Shown here: positions 61,106 through 64,000 of the stretch, piece after piece
Numbering within the stretch: position 1 is the first letter of the stretch
Layout: each line of letters opens with the position of its first letter
Source of the DNA: Lama glama
Taxonomy: Eukaryota
Assembly: GCA_028534125.1 (NCBI GenBank)
Contig: CM052817.1
Span: 41,356,001 to 41,420,000 of the forward strand
Length of the DNA: 64,000 bases
Direction: 5' to 3'
Made by a program: the position numbers and the translations under genes
The notes under the pieces: model-generated
The model's database searches: none
The model's input: only the letters and a program-made list of their open reading frames with translations
Told to the model about the DNA's origin: nothing

Positions 61106-63426
61106 ACAGACAAACATGGACTCACAAGACGTTTCAGAACCCACTACCCTCTCAGGAAGCGGTGCCTTGACAGTGTTTCCTTCTGGCTGGCGTGGAGAGA
61201 AGGTGAATCACTGACATTGTTTAGGACATCCACCCGCTTCACTACTTCATCCCTCTGAACCTACTCCCTCCACAAAGGCAACGCCAATTCTGCTTCCCCA
61301 GGAATCTGCAACTGAAACCGGATATTTACCCTCTGGCCCAAGGCCAAACTCTGTCCACTCTCCTCCTGCAAATCCCTCAAAACGTTCTTTCCCCACCACC
61401 ACGGAGCCTCAACTCCTACATAAAATCTGTTCAAGGGCGAGTCATTACAATCAGCTACTGGAGAGCGTGCTAATTATGCACTTTCTGAAATGTTCTTTCA
61501 ATAAAGGAGCCACTCAGTAATGGAGGAAAAATAAAATAACTCTTAATCATAGTTGCAGCATTTCTAATAAAAATCTATAATTAAAAAAAAATTGGTCCTC
61601 AAGCATTCTCACTTTGATTAAATTGCCAAAAATTAAGTGGCGTTCACCTCTGGTCTTAACAGCCATGTATCCTAGCAACGTTTATACATCCACTCAAGAA
61701 ATAATTACTGACCACCCATTCTGTATTAGGCACACTCCAGGAATGTTTGTAAATACCCAGTCTAGAAGATACTGTATATCCTGTGGCCAGCCCTTGATAA
61801 ACAGACACTGAAGCTTGGCCTTTATAAAAGGAATTAGAGATCAGAATGAAAATAGGAACCTATTTTAAATGGACCTCATTGACAATGAAACTGGTGGCTT
61901 CCTCCCAATTTGGGTCTCCGAAGGGAAGCTAGACATGTAATTGCAAAGTGAGAGAAAAGGAGACTGTCAGGTAGTTCAGGTTAATTTGTGGTGATCCCCA
62001 CTGGCAGGGTGATGGAATGGAAAGAACAGTGACATCTGACAGCGTCCCAAGACAGACCACGTAGTCTTGTTTTACTGGCTTCTTCATGCAACTTGCTGGC
62101 TTGAGACCAGCCTGGAGATGATTTATTATTTGCTGTCTTTGAGCAGATGGTTCTGCCTGGCATCATGGCGCCAAATGAGCCCACTTAGGGGTACCCTGTT
62201 CGCACAGACTGAGCAAAATCTGAAAAACAATTTGACCCACTGAAGTACTGAAACTACACAGGATTCTCAATGACCTTTATTTCAGGGAAATATTATTACT
62301 GACTGATTAAATGAAACCTTTCCTATCTAGAGGGCTTTGTGAGGGGAGGAATCAGTTACAGACCATCTGGGTTTGGGAAATAGGACAACCTTGTATCTCC
62401 AGTGAGGTCCTAATGGATTTAGTTCCTCTTAAATGGTTACATGGAAAGATAAATGTAATGAAGTTCAAGACAGGTTTTTGCTGTTTAAATGTCAGGGTGG
62501 GCAAATAATAGTCCCCATCTAGAAGGCACAATACTCTCAAAGAGCCAAGTGAAAAACAATAATAGCAGTCGAGTTATTTTCATTTATCTTTTGCCACTTT
62601 GGAGGTAAAGGTGTCACTACTTCTAATACAAATTGGTATATAATAACAATATAAACAACAAAGGAAACAAACCAATAAGAAAACCCAGCCACTATTCATA
62701 AACAGCTCATGTTATCCTAGCATTGCCAGGTAGATATGGGTGTCCTTCTAAAATTTATAGCCAGGGCTGCCATTTATAGAGCTGTTGCTACGTGCTGCTT
62801 CCACTTGCTGGGTCCGTGGCACCTGAGTGCCAAAACAGCTAACCCATCTCTAGTTACAGTATACAAGGTTGCCCCGTGGGATGGAATTATTTCCCAGCAT
62901 TCTAGAACAATGTTGCCTTCTGGCTGGAAGTTATACTTGAGTAGATATTTAATGCCATTCTTTTATTAATGGACATCCACTGAATGATTACCATGAAGTA
63001 GAACTCATCTGGGCTGCATAAGAGCTCATGATTGAATCCAGGAACACAAGATTATAAAACTGCTTGATAAAAGCTGTGATACAGGCAAAGCTTCAGCCAG
63101 ATTCTGATATCAGGGACACACGGACGTGGGGGCAGGCCCAGGGCTGTGTGAGTGTCCATCCAGAGCACCAGCACATACAGAGCTAAGTGTATTTGCTTCT
63201 CCTGCTCTCCCCGCCCCTTGTACTCATCTCCAATATCGCACATAGACAAAGCATCATGGGCTCTCATCTTTTAATCCTCAAAATCATCACCTTTTTCCAC
63301 AAAAAAATTGTCCACCAGGCTACAAGCATGTCCTAGCCCTTGAACCCCCAAACCAATTTAGACCCCATGGAGCTCTTAGCACAACTGAAGGCACCAGCAG
63401 AAAGAGGCAGGACAGCCCTCTGCGGT

Positions 63427-63573
63427 CTTGCTGCTCCAAGTGTGATCGGTGGACCAGCAGCAGCGATAATCCCTGGGAGCTTGTGAAAAATGCAATGCAG
63501 CGTCTCAGCCCCTCCAACCTGTTGAATCAGAACCTGCATTTTAACAAGCTTCTCAGGGGATCAGATGCACTGG
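63427..63573 (+). mobile_element. MER5-like hAT-Charlie MITE
   Basis: cttgctgctccaagtgtg..ggaccagcagcagc..cctgggagcttgtgaaaaatgca..tgaatcagaacctgcattttaacaag. Confidence 0.85.
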
Positions 63574-64000
63574 TCTTGGGCCTCCTAGGAGGCCGGGATA
63601 TTCCTCCAATAATGGAAACCTTCTAAGGCAAGCTACAAAATGCAGCCTGACATGCTGGGAAGCCACGCTGAAGATCTGGGACTTTATAGCAAGAGCAGTG
63701 AGACGATCTCTGAGGTAGAAATGTTTGGCGGCTTTTACAGGCCCTACGCACTCTGACTTTTGGAGGTCTCACTTCCACAACACATTAAGCAAGCATATTG
63801 GCATCCCATTCAAAATGCAGACACAAGTTCCTGAAAAAAATGAACAATTTTGCTGATTTTTAAAGTTGAGTTTTCATGTGGCTAAACTTATTTCTTTTGT
63901 TTTCTGATTTAGAATTGGTTGTACATGTATGTATAAATACACACGTACACTCACACGTACATGTGAATTGCTAGTTGGCACAACATCTTGCTCTGTAGCT

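Noticed and set aside
63711..63735. tgaggtag as a let-7-like miRNA
   Set aside because: Only the seed matches; I see no let-7 body and no precursor hairpin.
1..64000. Short ORFs of the six-frame track as genes; prokaryotic-type systems (operons, CRISPR, defence islands)
   Set aside because: The DNA is mammalian and repeat-rich. Apart from the L1 ORF2 pieces, the ORFs are short, often lie in repeats and show no recognisable domain. No repeat-spacer array is present.

Overview
This is AT-rich, CpG-depleted eutherian nuclear DNA from a scaffolded assembly with two 100-N gaps. It is not prokaryotic. A tRNA-derived Vic-1-type SINE with a 12-bp target-site duplication (TSD), together with artiodactyl-type L1 3' UTRs, points to a camelid (camel, alpaca or llama). 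A large part of the window is interspersed repeat: L1 (including a ~3.2 kb 5'-truncated, dead ORF2 copy), L2, MIR, MaLR/ERVL/ERV1 solo LTRs, hAT DNA-transposon relics and microsatellites. The only recognisable protein homology is LINE-1 ORF2. I recognise no cellular protein-coding gene, so the window is probably intergenic or inside a large intron. I found no convincing new biological system. The items most worth checking are a pair of apparently nested 5'-inverted L1 insertions, multi-layer TE nests with TSDs, an AT-rich nested-palindrome patch, several candidate exons and microexons defined only by splice signals, and two CpG-retaining transcription-factor motif clusters. Repeat subfamily names come from recalled consensus sequences, and their boundaries are approximate until checked with RepeatMasker/Dfam.
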